DNA of 64,000 nucleotides. Origin: an uncultured Opitutia bacterium. GTDB taxonomy: Bacteria > Verrucomicrobiota > Verrucomicrobiia > Opitutales > Opitutaceae. The notes beneath the pieces were generated by a model. The model did no database searches. It was not told where the DNA came from and was given only the letters and a program-made list of their open reading frames with translations. Shown one piece after another: positions 39,813-51,134 of this stretch. Where the stretch lies: positions 3,264 through 67,263 of the forward strand of contig CAIUOU010000079.1 in assembly GCA_903900845.1 (NCBI GenBank). Direction: 5' to 3'. A program made the position numbers and the translations under genes. The stretch's first letter is position 1. Each line of letters begins with the position of its first letter.

Positions 39813-40685
39813 TCACTCGACGTTGGCCATCTGCTCGCGCACGCGCTCGAGCTCGTTCTTCAGCTCGATCACGGCCCGGGAGATCACCAGGTCGTTGGCC
39901 TTGCTGCCGATGGTGTTCACCTCGCGGCCGACCTCCTGCAGGATGAATTCGGCCTTCCGGCCGATCTCCGCCTCGGTTCTCAGCAAGTGGGCGAACTGAT
40001 CCAGGTGGCTGCGCAGGCGAGTGAGTTCCTCGGAGATGTCGCACCGGTCGGCGAACAGCGCGATCTCCCGCAGCACCCGCTCGTCCTCGAGATCGAGCTC
40101 CAGCCCGGCCTCCCGCAGCCGTCGCATCAACTGCCCGCGGTAAGCCTCGGGCACCATCGGGGCACGCGCCGCGATGACCTCCACCTGCCGGTGCAGGAGT
40201 TCGACGCGCTGCAGGAAATCCACGAGCAGCGCCTCCCCTTCCCGGGCCCGCATCGCCGCGAAAGCCCGCAGCGCGCCGGCGAGCGCCTCCGTTACCGCGG
40301 GCTGCGCGATCTCGGCCGCCGGCAGGTTCACCTGCGCGCGCTGGGCGTTGGCGATCTGCCACAGCAGATCGGCGCTCGGATTGAAATCCACGTTCTCGCG
40401 TGCCGCAAAGGCCTGCAGACGGTCCAAAGCCGCCGCCGCGGCATCCTCGTCCCACCCCGCGCCGGACTGACGGCCCCCGCCCTCCACCTCCACCACCACG
40501 CTCACCCGCCCGCGCGAGGCCACCTGCCGCACCTGGTCCGCCAGCGCCGGCTCCAGCTCCCGCCACTCGTCAGGCAGGTTGATCGCGAGATCCAGAGCCC
40601 TCCGGTTCACGGAACTGACCTGGACGGTGACGGCCAGCGCTTCGAGCGAGGCGGCTTCCCGCCCGTATCCCGTCATGCTCCTCAC
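39813..40685 (-). CDS. yicC: YicC/YloC family endoribonuclease
   Basis: MRSMTGYG N-terminus (GTG start overlapping the trpB stop), [54 protein letters not shown]. Confidence 0.92.
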   Translation of the reverse strand: MRSMTGYGREAASLEALAVTVQVSSVNRRALDLAINLPDEWRELEPALADQVRQVASRGRVSVVVEVEGGGRQSGAGWDEDAAAAALDRLQAFAARENVDFNPSADLLWQIANAQRAQVNLPAAEIAQPAVTEALAGALRAFAAMRAREGEALLVDFLQRVELLHRQVEVIAARAPMVPEAYRGQLMRRLREAGLELDLEDERVLREIALFADRCDISEELTRLRSHLDQFAHLLRTEAEIGRKAEFILQEVGREVNTIGSKANDLVISRAVIELKNELERVREQMANVE

Positions 40686-41908
40686 AACGTTTCCCCGAGG
40701 ATGCGGGCCACCTGGTTCACGTCCTTGTCACCGCGCCCGGACAGATTTATGACGAGAATCTCGTTGCGCCTCATCTCGCGCGCCCGCTTCATGCCGTGCA
40801 CCAACGCATGCGTGCTCTCGAGCGCGGGAATGATGCCTTCCAGACGGGAGCAGAGCTGGAAGGCCTCCATCACCTCCTCGTCGCAGGCGTGGGCGTAGGC
40901 TATGCGCCCGCGATCGCGGTAAAACGCATGCTCGGGTCCGATCGCCGCGTAATCCAGCCCGGCGCTCACCGAGTGGGTCAACTCGATCTGCCCGTCGTTG
41001 TTTTGCAGGATGTAGGTCTTGCATCCCTGCAGCACGCCGAGCTTGCCGCCCTCGAAACGCGCCGCGTGGTCTCCACGCCGGATGCCCCGCCCCCCGGCCT
41101 CGACGCCGACCAAACGCACCGCGGTGTCCTCGAGAAATTCGAAGAAAAATCCAATGGCGTTGGATCCGCCTCCCACGCAGGCGATCATCTCGTCGGGCAA
41201 GCGTCCTTCCCGGGCCAGGATCTGCTCGCGCACCTCGCGGCCGATCACGCGGTGAAAGTCGCGGACCATCATCGGATACGGGTGCGAGCCCAGCGCTGAA
41301 CCAAGGATGTAGTGCGTGCCGCGCACATGGGTCACCCAGTCGCGCATCGCCTCGTTGATGGCCTCCTTGAGGGTGCGCTGCCCCGCTTCGACACCCCGCA
41401 CCTCGGCGCCCATCAGGCGCATCCTGAACACGTTCAGCGCCTGCCGCTCCATGTCGACCGCGCCCATGTAGACAACGCATTGCAGTCCGAACTTCGCGCA
41501 GACCGCGGCGGTAGCGACACCATGCTGCCCGGCGCCCGTCTCCGCGATGATGCGCTGCTTGCCCATCCGGCGCGCAAGCAGCGCCTGTCCGAGGGCGTTA
41601 TTGATTTTGTGCGCCCCGGTGTGCAACAGGTCCTCGCGCTTCAGGTAAATTTTCGCGCCCCCGCAATGCGCGGTGAGACGCTCCGCGAGATAAAGCTCCG
41701 TCGGGCGTCCCGCGAACTCCTTGAGGTGGAACCGCAATTCCTCGCCGAACGACGGGTCGGCGCGCGCGGCGTCGTAGGCCCGGCCGAGATCCGACAGCGC
41801 GGTCATCAGCGTTTCGGGCACGAACACCCCGCCATACGGGCCGAAATGCCCGCCGGAATCCGGCAGGCTGGTGCGATCAACGACTTCGGGCGCGGCGGCG
41901 GCTGACAT
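40682..41908 (-). CDS. trpB: Tryptophan synthase beta chain
   Basis: Start moved to ATG 41908. [24 protein letters not shown] (PLP lysine), [34 protein letters not shown]. Confidence 0.97.
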   Translation of the reverse strand: MSAAAAPEVVDRTSLPDSGGHFGPYGGVFVPETLMTALSDLGRAYDAARADPSFGEELRFHLKEFAGRPTELYLAERLTAHCGGAKIYLKREDLLHTGAHKINNALGQALLARRMGKQRIIAETGAGQHGVATAAVCAKFGLQCVVYMGAVDMERQALNVFRMRLMGAEVRGVEAGQRTLKEAINEAMRDWVTHVRGTHYILGSALGSHPYPMMVRDFHRVIGREVREQILAREGRLPDEMIACVGGGSNAIGFFFEFLEDTAVRLVGVEAGGRGIRRGDHAARFEGGKLGVLQGCKTYILQNNDGQIELTHSVSAGLDYAAIGPEHAFYRDRGRIAYAHACDEEVMEAFQLCSRLEGIIPALESTHALVHGMKRAREMRRNEILVINLSGRGDKDVNQVARILGETL

Positions 41909-41965
41909 CCCGTCAACGGCAACCCGCGTCCGCGGCGAACGCAAATCCGTTTTCCCTTTGTTGCC

Positions 41966-42466
41966 TCAGCGCCGGCGGAGAAACGTCAGGACATCCTCGA
42001 ACCGGGTGCGATTCGCCTCGTCGGCCGAAACCAGATTCTCATGCGCCTCCAGCACGAGGCGCGCATTCTCCGCCTGGGACAACTGCCGGGTGTCGAGCGC
42101 GGTGTCGCACTGCGTCGGCCCGGCCTCGCCTTCGCCGGCCTCGATCGTCACCAGCCGGTGCAGGCCGAGGTTGCGCATAAGCTCCACGTTGCGGGCACCC
42201 GCCCGGAGCACGACAAAGCTCCCGTTCGGCGAGACCTTCCGCAGGGAGATCGCCGCGCCGGCCAGCACTCCCAGAAAGGTGCTGTCCATGCCCGCGCACC
42301 CTTGGCAGTCGAGCACGAAGCGGGTCCGGCCATGACCCAGCATCTCGGCGATGAAATCGCGCAGGCTGCCGCTGTTCTGGAAATTCGCCCGACCCTCGAC
42401 CCGGATGACCACCGGATCGGAACGGGGATCGACCAGGAAGACGGAGGAGCCGGAGGCTTCGGACAT
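41966..42466 (-). CDS. STAS-domain protein (anti-sigma factor antagonist)
   Basis: Start moved to ATG 42466. [29 protein letters not shown] (phosphorylatable Ser motif), LMRNLGL. Confidence 0.88.
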   Translation of the reverse strand: MSEASGSSVFLVDPRSDPVVIRVEGRANFQNSGSLRDFIAEMLGHGRTRFVLDCQGCAGMDSTFLGVLAGAAISLRKVSPNGSFVVLRAGARNVELMRNLGLHRLVTIEAGEGEAGPTQCDTALDTRQLSQAENARLVLEAHENLVSADEANRTRFEDVLTFLRRR

Positions 42467-42524
42467 GGAAAGGGATGCCTGCGCCCGGGCCCGCGGGAAT
42501 CCGCGGACGCGGGCGAACGCGAGA

Positions 42525-45227
42525 TCAGGAACGGGCGACGATCTGGCGCAGGACGAACGGCAGAATACCCCCGTGCTGGTAATAATCGATCTCGATCGGC
42601 GTATCGATGCGGCAGCGCACCGCGACGTCCTCGACCGTACCATCACTCCGCGTGATCCGCAGGGTGAGATCCTGCTGGGGACGCAACGCGGGCGAGAGCC
42701 CGAGCACATCGAACTTCTCGTGGCCGTCGAGCCGGAGTGTCTGGGCCGTCACGCCGTCCTTGAACTGCAGCGGCAACACCCCCATGCCGACGAGATTGGA
42801 GCGGTGAATGCGCTCGAAGCTCTGCGCGACCACGACCTTCACGCCGAGGAGATTGGTGCCCTTAGCGGCCCAATCCCGGGATGAGCCCGTGCCGTACTCC
42901 TGGCCGGCCACCACGATGAGCGGGGTGCCGTCGGCGATGTGCCGCGCCGAGGCGTCGTAAATCGACATCTCCTCGCCCGTGGGCTGGTAGAGCGTGTTGC
43001 CGCCCTCCTTGCCACCAAGCATCAGGTTCTTGATGCGCACGTTGGCGAAAGTGCCGCGCGTCATCACGCGGTCGTTGCCGCGGCGGGAGCCGTAGGAATT
43101 GAAGTCCTCGAAGGGTACACCGTTCTCAAGCAGGTGGCGTCCGGCCGGCGAGGACTTCTTGATGGCCCCGGCGGGCGAGATGTGGTCGGTGGTGACCGAA
43201 TCGCCGAAGATGCCGAGCGCCCGGGCTCCGGTGATCTCGCGGATCACGCCGGGCTGCATCCCGAAGTCAGCGAAGAAAGGCGGCTCCTGGATGTAAGTGG
43301 ATTTGTGATCAAATTCATAGACGTTGCCCGTGGAGGCGGGGATCTCGTTCCACTTGGGATTCTGCGCGGCGAAGTTGCGGTAGAGCTTCCGGAAGACCTC
43401 CGGCTTGAGCGCCGACTGCATCGCGTCGCGCACCTCGGCCAAGGTCGGCCAGATGTCCGCGAGGTAAACCGGTGCGCCCTCCTTGTCCTCCCCGAGCGGC
43501 TCGCAGCTCAGGTCGATGTCGACCCGGCCGGCGAGCGCGAACGCCACCACGAGGGGCGGCGACATCAGGAAGTTGGCCTTCACGTTCTGGTGCACGCGTG
43601 CCTCGAAATTACGATTCCCGGAGAGCACCGACGCGGTGATAAGATCATTCTTCACCACGGCGTCCTCGATGCCGGGATCGAGGGGACCGGAGTTGCCGAT
43701 ACAGGTGGTGCACCCGTAACCCACCGTGTTGAACCGGAGCTTGTTGAGGTAGGGCTGGAGACCGGTCTTCTTCAGGTAGTCCGTCACCACCCGCGAACCC
43801 GGGGCGAGCGAGGCCTTCACGGCCGGGTTAACCTTGAGTCCCTTCTCGACCGCCTTCTTGGCCAGGAGTCCGGCCGCCAACATGACGCTCGGGTTGGAGG
43901 TATTGGTGCAACTCGTGATCGCCGCGATCACGACGGAGCCGTGACCGAGCTTGGCCTTGCGCCCGGCAGCCGTCTCGACCTTGACGTTCGAAGCGAAAGC
44001 GGCGCGCGCCTTGCCGAAGCCGTTCTCGGCGACGGGCCGTTGGAAGGCACCGAAGAATTCGCGCCGCAGACTGGAGAGCTCGATGCGATCCTGGGGCCGC
44101 TTGGGACCCGCCACGCTCGGAAGGACCGTGCCGAGGTCGAGGCTGAGATCGGTCGAGTAATCGATCTGGCCCTGGCTCGGGATGCCCCAGAGTCCCTGCG
44201 CCTGGTAGTAGGACTCGTAGAGGGCTACCTGCTTCTCACCGCGCCCGGTCGCGCGAAGGTAGGCCGAGCACTCCGCGTCGATCGGGAAGAAGCCCATTGT
44301 CGCGCCGTACTCTGGCGCCATGTTGGCGATCGTCGCGCGGTCGACGACCGGGAGCGCCTGCGCGCCGGGGCCGTAGAATTCGACGAACTTCCCGACGACC
44401 TTCGCCTTGCGTAGCATCTGCGTGACCGTGAGCGCGAGATCCGTGGCGGTGACCCCCTCGCGCAGCGCTCCGGTGAGGTGCACGCCGACGACGTCCGGCG
44501 TGAGGAAGTACACCGGCTGCCCAAGCATCCCGGCTTCGGCCTCGATGCCACCCACGCCCCAGCCTACAATCCCGATGCCGTTGATCATCGTGGTGTGGGA
44601 GTCGGTACCGACCAAGGTGTCGGGATAGTAAACCCCGTTCGCGTCACGAAGAACGCCCTTCGCAAGGTACTCCAGATTCACCTGGTGGACGATGCCGATG
44701 CCAGGAGGAACCACCTTGAAGGTGTCGAACGCCTGCATGCCCCACTTCAGGAACTGGTAGCGCTCGCGGTTGCGCGAAAACTCTAGCTCGAGGTTGCGCT
44801 GCATGGAGTCCGACGCGCCGGCGAAGTCCACCTGCACCGAGTGGTCCACCACGAGGTCGACAGGTACAAGCGGCTCGATGATCTTCGGATTCTTGCCCAT
44901 GCGGGCGACCGCGGAGCGCATCGCCGCCAGGTCCACGAGCAGAGGCACGCCGGTGAAGTCCTGCAGGACGATGCGCGCGACCACGAACGGGATCTCCTCG
45001 GTGCGTGGCGCTTTGGCCTGCCAGCCCGCGAGGTCGCGGATCGCGCCCTCCGAGACGCGCTTGCCGTCGCAGTTGCGCAGCAGCGACTCGAGCACGAGCC
45101 GGATGGAGACCGGTAGGCGGGAGACCGGATAGCCGGCCGCCTCGAGGGCGGGCAGCGAGTAGAATTGATGCGAGGCGCCGTTCGCCTCGAACGTGCGCAA
45201 CGTGTTGAACGGATTCTGCAGGCTCAT
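42525..45227 (-). CDS. acnA: Aconitate hydratase A
   Basis: [80 protein letters not shown]. Confidence 0.98.
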   Translation of the reverse strand: MSLQNPFNTLRTFEANGASHQFYSLPALEAAGYPVSRLPVSIRLVLESLLRNCDGKRVSEGAIRDLAGWQAKAPRTEEIPFVVARIVLQDFTGVPLLVDLAAMRSAVARMGKNPKIIEPLVPVDLVVDHSVQVDFAGASDSMQRNLELEFSRNRERYQFLKWGMQAFDTFKVVPPGIGIVHQVNLEYLAKGVLRDANGVYYPDTLVGTDSHTTMINGIGIVGWGVGGIEAEAGMLGQPVYFLTPDVVGVHLTGALREGVTATDLALTVTQMLRKAKVVGKFVEFYGPGAQALPVVDRATIANMAPEYGATMGFFPIDAECSAYLRATGRGEKQVALYESYYQAQGLWGIPSQGQIDYSTDLSLDLGTVLPSVAGPKRPQDRIELSSLRREFFGAFQRPVAENGFGKARAAFASNVKVETAAGRKAKLGHGSVVIAAITSCTNTSNPSVMLAAGLLAKKAVEKGLKVNPAVKASLAPGSRVVTDYLKKTGLQPYLNKLRFNTVGYGCTTCIGNSGPLDPGIEDAVVKNDLITASVLSGNRNFEARVHQNVKANFLMSPPLVVAFALAGRVDIDLSCEPLGEDKEGAPVYLADIWPTLAEVRDAMQSALKPEVFRKLYRNFAAQNPKWNEIPASTGNVYEFDHKSTYIQEPPFFADFGMQPGVIREITGARALGIFGDSVTTDHISPAGAIKKSSPAGRHLLENGVPFEDFNSYGSRRGNDRVMTRGTFANVRIKNLMLGGKEGGNTLYQPTGEEMSIYDASARHIADGTPLIVVAGQEYGTGSSRDWAAKGTNLLGVKVVVAQSFERIHRSNLVGMGVLPLQFKDGVTAQTLRLDGHEKFDVLGLSPALRPQQDLTLRITRSDGTVEDVAVRCRIDTPIEIDYYQHGGILPFVLRQIVARS

Positions 45228-45324
45228 GACGGAAAAGATTGGGCGGGATACGCGGCCCCGCCCGGGCCGGGAAAACGATTCCCCGCCGGGACGCGCCAGG
45301 CGCCGACCGGCGGAAGGAGCAACC

Positions 45325-45798
45325 TCAGCGTGCCAGCGCCGCCTTCACCGCCCCGAAGTCGGGGAGATCCTTGGGCGTGGGCGTCTGCTCGGCGTACTTG
45401 ATCACACCGTCGGCCCCGATCACGAACGCCGCCCGGGCCGAAGTGTCACCCATACCGGCCAGGTTCGGGAAAACCACGTCGTAGGCCTTGGTGACGCTCT
45501 TGTTGAGGTCGCAGAGCAGCGTGATGCCGATCTTGTTGTGCTTCGCCCAGGCCTCCTGGGCGAAAGCGTTGTCGACGCTGACCCCGTAGACCGTCGCGCC
45601 AAGCTTCTCGTATTCGCCAAGTCCGCTCGTCTGGTCACACATCTCCTGCGTGCAAACTCCGGTGAAAACCGCGGGGAAAAACAGCAGCACCGTCTGCCTT
45701 TTGCCAAAGTTATCGCTGAGCTTGACGTCCTTCAGCCCCTCGGGGGCCTTGGTCTTGAGGGTGAAATCGGGCGCTTTGGTTCCGACGGCGAGTGGCAT
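45325..45798 (-). CDS. Peroxiredoxin (AhpC/TSA superfamily, BCP/AhpE-like)
   Basis: [21 protein letters not shown] (PxxxTxxC with a second Cys five residues later), [15 protein letters not shown]. Confidence 0.9.
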   Translation of the reverse strand: MPLAVGTKAPDFTLKTKAPEGLKDVKLSDNFGKRQTVLLFFPAVFTGVCTQEMCDQTSGLGEYEKLGATVYGVSVDNAFAQEAWAKHNKIGITLLCDLNKSVTKAYDVVFPNLAGMGDTSARAAFVIGADGVIKYAEQTPTPKDLPDFGAVKAALAR

Positions 45799-45926
45799 GG
45801 TTGAAGAATTAACGGGTGTTTAAGCCTCCGGCACCGACCGTCGGCCCGAAGAAAGGGGCACCTTGGAGCCCGCCCTGTCGCGCCGCAAATTGTTTTTCAG
45901 CCGGAGGTTTCGGTGAAGCGACCAAC

Positions 45927-45954
45927 AAAAAAGCCCCCGGCTTTCGCCGGGGGC
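45927..45954 (-). terminator. Intrinsic terminator after the Zn peptidase gene
   Basis: Stem GCCCCCGGC/GCCGGGGGC with a 4-nt loop and a 6-nt U tract on the - strand. Confidence 0.85.
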
Positions 45955-45972
45955 GCAGAGGGGAAGGTCGAC

Positions 45973-46662
45973 TCACTCCTCGCGGCGGCCGCTCAGCATC
46001 ATCAGGATGTGAAGCAGGCTGCCGAGAGCGGCGACGAAGGCGGCGACGTAGGTGAGAGCGGCCGCGTCCAGCGTCTGATGTACGCCCTTCATTTCGTCGT
46101 TACCCACGATCCCGAGTCGGACCAACTCGGCTTTCGCCCGGCGGCTGGCGTCAAACTCGACCGGCAGCGTGACGAGGTGGAAAAGGCAGATTAACGCCAG
46201 CGCGACCGCGCCGACCATGAGCAAAGTGCCGCCCAGCGCGGTGCTGAGCAAAAAGATACCGGCGATCATGACGAAGTTGGAGATTCCCGCGGCGATCTGC
46301 GTGGCCGGAGCCAGAGACTGGCGGACGGTCATCATCGCGTAGCCCACCTTGTGCTGGATCGCATGGCCGGCCTCGTGGGCCGCGACGCCAAGCGCGGCGA
46401 GGCTCGTGCCATGGTAGTTGGGGGAAGACAGCGCCAGCCGCTTGTTGATGGGATCGTAGTGGTCGGTAAGCTCGCCCTCGACCTCGACGATTTCGACGTC
46501 GTTGATCCCGGCCGACTGCATCACAGCGGCGGCGGCCTCGGACCCGCGGATGTGTCCCCGGGAGGGTATCTCGACGTTCCTGGCATAGGCGCTCCGAATC
46601 TTCATCTGCGCGTAGAGTCCGAAGAGCATCGGAACAAGGATGAGGAGGATCCAGATCATCAT
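45973..46662 (-). CDS. Membrane-bound neutral zinc metallopeptidase (YugP/Zn_peptidase_2-like)
   Basis: GELTDHYDP, VAAHEAGHAIQH (HExxH), TLPVEFDASRRA, AAALTYVAA. Confidence 0.92.
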   Translation of the reverse strand: MMIWILLILVPMLFGLYAQMKIRSAYARNVEIPSRGHIRGSEAAAAVMQSAGINDVEIVEVEGELTDHYDPINKRLALSSPNYHGTSLAALGVAAHEAGHAIQHKVGYAMMTVRQSLAPATQIAAGISNFVMIAGIFLLSTALGGTLLMVGAVALALICLFHLVTLPVEFDASRRAKAELVRLGIVGNDEMKGVHQTLDAAALTYVAAFVAALGSLLHILMMLSGRREE

Positions 46663-46814
46663 GGTGGTATTGGGTTGAAATTCCTTAGTTGGAGAATGCC
46701 GGCCTTAAACCGGCAGAACGAGTGGAAAGTACTCATCCGTCGGGATTTTCCAGAGTAAAACGATCAATTGGAAAGCCCCGCGTGCGGTTCCAGCACCATC
46801 GCCGGTGACCCGCT

Positions 46815-48341
46815 TTACTTCCCTTCCGCCGCCCAGCGCTTCATTTGCGCGATGTTGCGGGCGGTCACCGAGGCGCCGGCACCTTCGTCTCTCTCCTTGC
46901 CCGGCCGCCCTCCCAGATAAACGGCCATATCGCTGTCGTACATTGCCTCCGGCTCCGGGCCGCGGTCTCCCGTCTCGACCATCCAGCGCCCGAGGCGCGC
47001 ACGCATCGCCTCGAGCTCCGTCCGGAACGCGGGATCGGCGGCAAGGTCCCGCACCTGCCAGCGGTCGTTCCTCCACTCGTAGAGCTCCTCCGCCGGCCGC
47101 TCGGGCCGGAAAAGCAGGTTCTCCGCCAAAGGATCCAGCGAGCCGGCGGCATGCAGGGCGCGCAGGGTCTGCACGATCGACTTCCCGTCTTTGTAGGCGT
47201 TGGGCTGCAGGTGCGGCCGCCGCGGGAGAAAATTGCGGACGTAGAGAAAATGGTCGGAACGCACGCTGCGGATGCGCTCGACGGTCTCGTCGCAGCGATC
47301 ACGGGCGGCGAAGACGAATTCCCGCGGCCGGTAGGACGAGGCAAGAACGTCGCGTGCTTGCATCCCGGACGGTAGCGGCAGCCCGGCGGCCGCCAGCGAG
47401 ACCGCGGTGATATCGATCAGCTCGATCAGGTCGTCCCGCACGACTCCCCGCGACACCCCGGGCCCGCGCACGATGAACGGCACATGCGTGCCCTCATCGT
47501 AGAGAAACTGCTTCCCGCGCGCGTGGCTGATTCCGTGATCGGTCGTGAAAATGACCAAAGTGCGGTCAAGAACGCCTTCACGCTCGAGGCGCGCGATCAC
47601 CTCCCCCACATGGCGGTCGGTGAAACGCACCGCGTCAAGGTAGGCGGCCCAGTCGCGCAGCATCACCGGGTCGCGCGGATAATAGGGGGGCAGAACGACC
47701 TTCGCCGGATCGGTCGCGCCGCCGAGCTCGACCGCCGCCCGCTCGGAGAGCCGCCGCGCCGCGGCGTCGTCACCGCCGCGCAGCTTCCCCCCGGCCAGCT
47801 GCACCTGCATGAAGAAGGGTTGCCCGGGAAGGCGCCCTCCCCAGTCGCTGGAGTCGTACATCGCAGGATCCCACTCAAAGTTGTAGTCGGTCTTGCCCAG
47901 GGCATCGCCCCGGGCCTTGCGCGCCTTGCCTTGCCCGCGCCGATCGGCGTCGGGCAATCCGCTGCCGATGCAGGTGTAATAGCCGGCCGCCTTCAGTCGC
48001 GCCGGTGCCGGCACGACGCCCTCGGGCAGGCGGATCTTCAAATCGCCCCGGCCGCTGCGATGGTGGTGAACACCGATCGACGTGGCGTACATGCCGTTGA
48101 TGAAGGCGGAGCGGCACGGTGAGCAGACCGGCGCGGTCGTGAAGGCGCGCGTAAAACGCGTTCCCTCCGCGGCCAGCCGGTCCAGATTCGGCGTGCGAAT
48201 CAGGGTCTCCCCGTAGGAGCTCAGGTTGGCCGACATATCGTCGACAATGATCCAGAGGATATTCGGCCGGGCATCCGCGACGGACGCGAACGATCCAACC
48301 GCGGAGAGACCTAGCAAAAGCGGGAGCAAAAGAATCTTCAT
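46815..48341 (-). CDS. Sulfatase, secreted
   Basis: Start moved to ATG 48341 (MKILLLPLLLGLSAVGSFASVADARPNILWIIVDDMS). APVCSPCRSA (CxPxR), TTDHG, YDEGTHVPFIVRGP. Confidence 0.92.
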   Translation of the reverse strand: MKILLLPLLLGLSAVGSFASVADARPNILWIIVDDMSANLSSYGETLIRTPNLDRLAAEGTRFTRAFTTAPVCSPCRSAFINGMYATSIGVHHHRSGRGDLKIRLPEGVVPAPARLKAAGYYTCIGSGLPDADRRGQGKARKARGDALGKTDYNFEWDPAMYDSSDWGGRLPGQPFFMQVQLAGGKLRGGDDAAARRLSERAAVELGGATDPAKVVLPPYYPRDPVMLRDWAAYLDAVRFTDRHVGEVIARLEREGVLDRTLVIFTTDHGISHARGKQFLYDEGTHVPFIVRGPGVSRGVVRDDLIELIDITAVSLAAAGLPLPSGMQARDVLASSYRPREFVFAARDRCDETVERIRSVRSDHFLYVRNFLPRRPHLQPNAYKDGKSIVQTLRALHAAGSLDPLAENLLFRPERPAEELYEWRNDRWQVRDLAADPAFRTELEAMRARLGRWMVETGDRGPEPEAMYDSDMAVYLGGRPGKERDEGAGASVTARNIAQMKRWAAEGK

Positions 48342-48432
48342 GGAAACAGCGGGGGGGTGTGAGCGCGAATCAGCGGGGCGAAGATTTCTCTTGGGCACCC
48401 CACCGTCGGCGGCAACCTTGAATCCACTCCCG

Positions 48433-51120
48433 ATGTCGCCCCGTCCGCTACACGCCGCTCGCCGCCTGCGCCGGGCCGCCTTGGCCCTCGTGCTTTCAAC
48501 CGCAACGGTCCCGGGCGATCTCCCTGCCGCCGCGGCCGGCAAAACGGTCGTGTCTGCAGCCCCGTGGGTGGAATCGGATTTTCCTTTTTTCTCGTCTATT
48601 CTCGACGCCCGCAAGGCCGGCGTGGGACTGCCCGCCGACAATCTCGCGCCACGCGGACTGGTGCTCAACTTGGGGCACGACTGCTGGGCCTGCTTCGACC
48701 CCGATCTTCTGCGGATGACGATGATTTGGCGGGGTGCCGGCGTAACACCTACCGCGCTCGCCCCCGGCTCCTACCACGACATCGCGCGAAAAACCCCCGG
48801 CGGCCAAACCAACCTGCCACGACCGGACGGACGGCCATGGATCGGCACGGGAATTTATCCAGGAGGCAACGAGGGCGAAACTCTATTCCTCACGGATCCC
48901 AGGTCGCCCGCGCCCAGCCCGCAGGAGCCCGGCCGTGGCGCGCTCCCCGGGGAGGCGGGACGCTTCCGCGCCGTCAGGATCACCGAGCGAAACGCGGTTC
49001 TGGAGTACACCCTCGGGCGTACCGCGATCTCCGAGTGGCTGGCGGTCGCGGGTGACGCGACGGCCCCCGAGATACGACGCAACTTCGAGGTCGGCGCTTC
49101 ACCTCAAACCCTCCGAATTGTACTGGGAACAAAGGCGCCCGGCACACTCGTTTCCATCGGATTGCCCGCCGATGCCTCGACCGACGCCGTCCGCCTGCTG
49201 GAGGAGAGAGGCGTGGCGAGCCTGCTGCTCGCGCCCCGCGTCCGGCCACTGCGGTTCACCGTCGCGTTGAACCACGGCTCCGCGGTTCCCGCCTCTGCGC
49301 AAGGAGGCGAGGCCCCGCCCTCGGCGAGGGCCCGCCGGTGGAACGGCGAGGTGGTCACCACGATTCACCCCGCGAAGGACGACTCGGCCTACGTGGTGGA
49401 CCGAATCGAGTTACCGGTGGAAAACCCGTGGCAGCGCGGCGTCCGACCGGCCGACATCCAGTTCCTGCCCGATGGCACCGCGGTCATCGTGACGCTGGAT
49501 GGCGACGTCTGGCTGGCGCGCGGCCTGCACGAGATCTCCGGGCGCGTGACCTGGCGCCGTTTCACCTCGGGACTGCACGAGCCCATGACCATCGCGATCC
49601 GCGATGGCGGGATTTTCGCGTTTGATCGCAACGGGGTCTGGCGACTGCTGGACACCGATGGCGACGGAGAGGCCGACCGTCACGAGATGTTCGCCAACGC
49701 CTTCGGCCAGACCGCAGACATGCGCGAATTCCCCTCGCAGATCCGCCTCGGGCCGCGCGGTGAGTTTTTCCTCGCGAAGGGCGGCCAGCAGGCGACGACC
49801 CAAGGCAAGCACAACGGCAGCGTCCTTCGCGTGAGCGCCGATGGAAGCGAGGCCACGCTTCTAGGCTGGGGTTTCCGTCAGCCGAATATCGGGGTGGATG
49901 CTCTTTCGGGCCTGGTCACCTCGAGCGATCAACAGGGCAACTATGTCCCCACGACACCACTGTTCATCGTGGAGAAAGGCAACTTCCACGGGTTCCTCGC
50001 CCCCTTCGAAGCGGCGGAGAAATATCCGGCCCCGATCGCCGAGCCGTTGACGTGGATCCCCCATCCGGTGAACGCCTCGGCGCTGTCGCAGGTGTGGCTG
50101 CACGGGGCGAACCTCGGACCGTTGAACGGCGGCCTCATCCACATCGGCTACAATCGGCCCGAGGTTTTCGCGGTGTTGTTCAACCGCCGGGGAAAGCTCC
50201 CGCAGGCGGCGGTCGTGAGCATCACGAAGGAATTCCACTACCCTCCCCTCAACGGCTCCGTGAATCCCGCCGACGGCCGCCTGTATCTCGCCGGCTTCCA
50301 GGTCATCGGCTGGGGCAACGTGATCGATGTGCCGGCCGGCCTCGGCCGCCTGCGCCGCACGGAAAAGCCTGTGACGCTGCCTCGCGAGGTCGTACCCATG
50401 GCGCAGGGCGTGCTGCTGAAATTCGACGTCGAGCTCGACGCCGGCGCCGCATCCGACGCGGCGAATTACTCGCTGCAATCCTGGTCCTACCGGCGAAGCA
50501 GCAAATACGGCTCCGCGATGTACAAGGCCGACGGTATTCCGGGGCAGGACGCGCACCCCCCGAGCGCGGCCTACGTTTCGCGCGACGCCCGCGCGGTTTT
50601 CGTGGCCGTGCCCGGCCTGAAGCCGGTCATGCAGTTGCGCATCGGCTGGTCGCTCGCGACCGCCGGAGGCGCCAAATTCAGCGAAAACGCCTACACGACG
50701 CCCCGCGAGCTCACGCCATTCGACCCTGAGGCTGAAGGGTTCGGCCCGCTTGCGATCGACCTCACGCCACGTCTCCCCGCGGCGGCCGCGGCCGTCGCCG
50801 CGCCGAGCGCGGCCGAAGGCGCGCGCCTCGCGCAGATGTTCGCCTGCGTCGCTTGCCACGGATCGGACCACAACCCGGCCGTCGCTCGCGCGGGACCGCC
50901 GTGGCAGGGCCTGCACGGTTCACGCCGCAAGGTTTTCGTGGGAGGCAAGGCCCGGGAGGTGGAGATCGACGACGCTTACCTGCGCGAATCCATCCTCGAG
51001 CCGGCGGCCAAACTCGCGGCGGGCTTCGAGAAGGGCGAGTACGCGATGGCCAGCTACGCGGGTGTGCTCACCGACGCGCAAATCGAGTCTTTGATCCTGC
51101 ACATCAGGACGCTGCGCTGA
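48433..51120 (+). CDS. Large secreted protein: DUF6797-like N-domain, beta-propeller (sugar/sorbosone dehydrogenase-like) and C-terminal c-type cytochrome
   Basis: Start probably ATG 48433. Propeller-like repeats (DIQFLPDG, GLHEP, DTDGDGEAD, WGFRQPN) and a single CVACH heme motif followed by YLRESILEP...MASY. Confidence 0.75.
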   Translation: MSPRPLHAARRLRRAALALVLSTATVPGDLPAAAAGKTVVSAAPWVESDFPFFSSILDARKAGVGLPADNLAPRGLVLNLGHDCWACFDPDLLRMTMIWRGAGVTPTALAPGSYHDIARKTPGGQTNLPRPDGRPWIGTGIYPGGNEGETLFLTDPRSPAPSPQEPGRGALPGEAGRFRAVRITERNAVLEYTLGRTAISEWLAVAGDATAPEIRRNFEVGASPQTLRIVLGTKAPGTLVSIGLPADASTDAVRLLEERGVASLLLAPRVRPLRFTVALNHGSAVPASAQGGEAPPSARARRWNGEVVTTIHPAKDDSAYVVDRIELPVENPWQRGVRPADIQFLPDGTAVIVTLDGDVWLARGLHEISGRVTWRRFTSGLHEPMTIAIRDGGIFAFDRNGVWRLLDTDGDGEADRHEMFANAFGQTADMREFPSQIRLGPRGEFFLAKGGQQATTQGKHNGSVLRVSADGSEATLLGWGFRQPNIGVDALSGLVTSSDQQGNYVPTTPLFIVEKGNFHGFLAPFEAAEKYPAPIAEPLTWIPHPVNASALSQVWLHGANLGPLNGGLIHIGYNRPEVFAVLFNRRGKLPQAAVVSITKEFHYPPLNGSVNPADGRLYLAGFQVIGWGNVIDVPAGLGRLRRTEKPVTLPREVVPMAQGVLLKFDVELDAGAASDAANYSLQSWSYRRSSKYGSAMYKADGIPGQDAHPPSAAYVSRDARAVFVAVPGLKPVMQLRIGWSLATAGGAKFSENAYTTPRELTPFDPEAEGFGPLAIDLTPRLPAAAAAVAAPSAAEGARLAQMFACVACHGSDHNPAVARAGPPWQGLHGSRRKVFVGGKAREVEIDDAYLRESILEPAAKLAAGFEKGEYAMASYAGVLTDAQIESLILHIRTLR

Positions 51121-51134
51121 GCCGGCGGCCAGCG

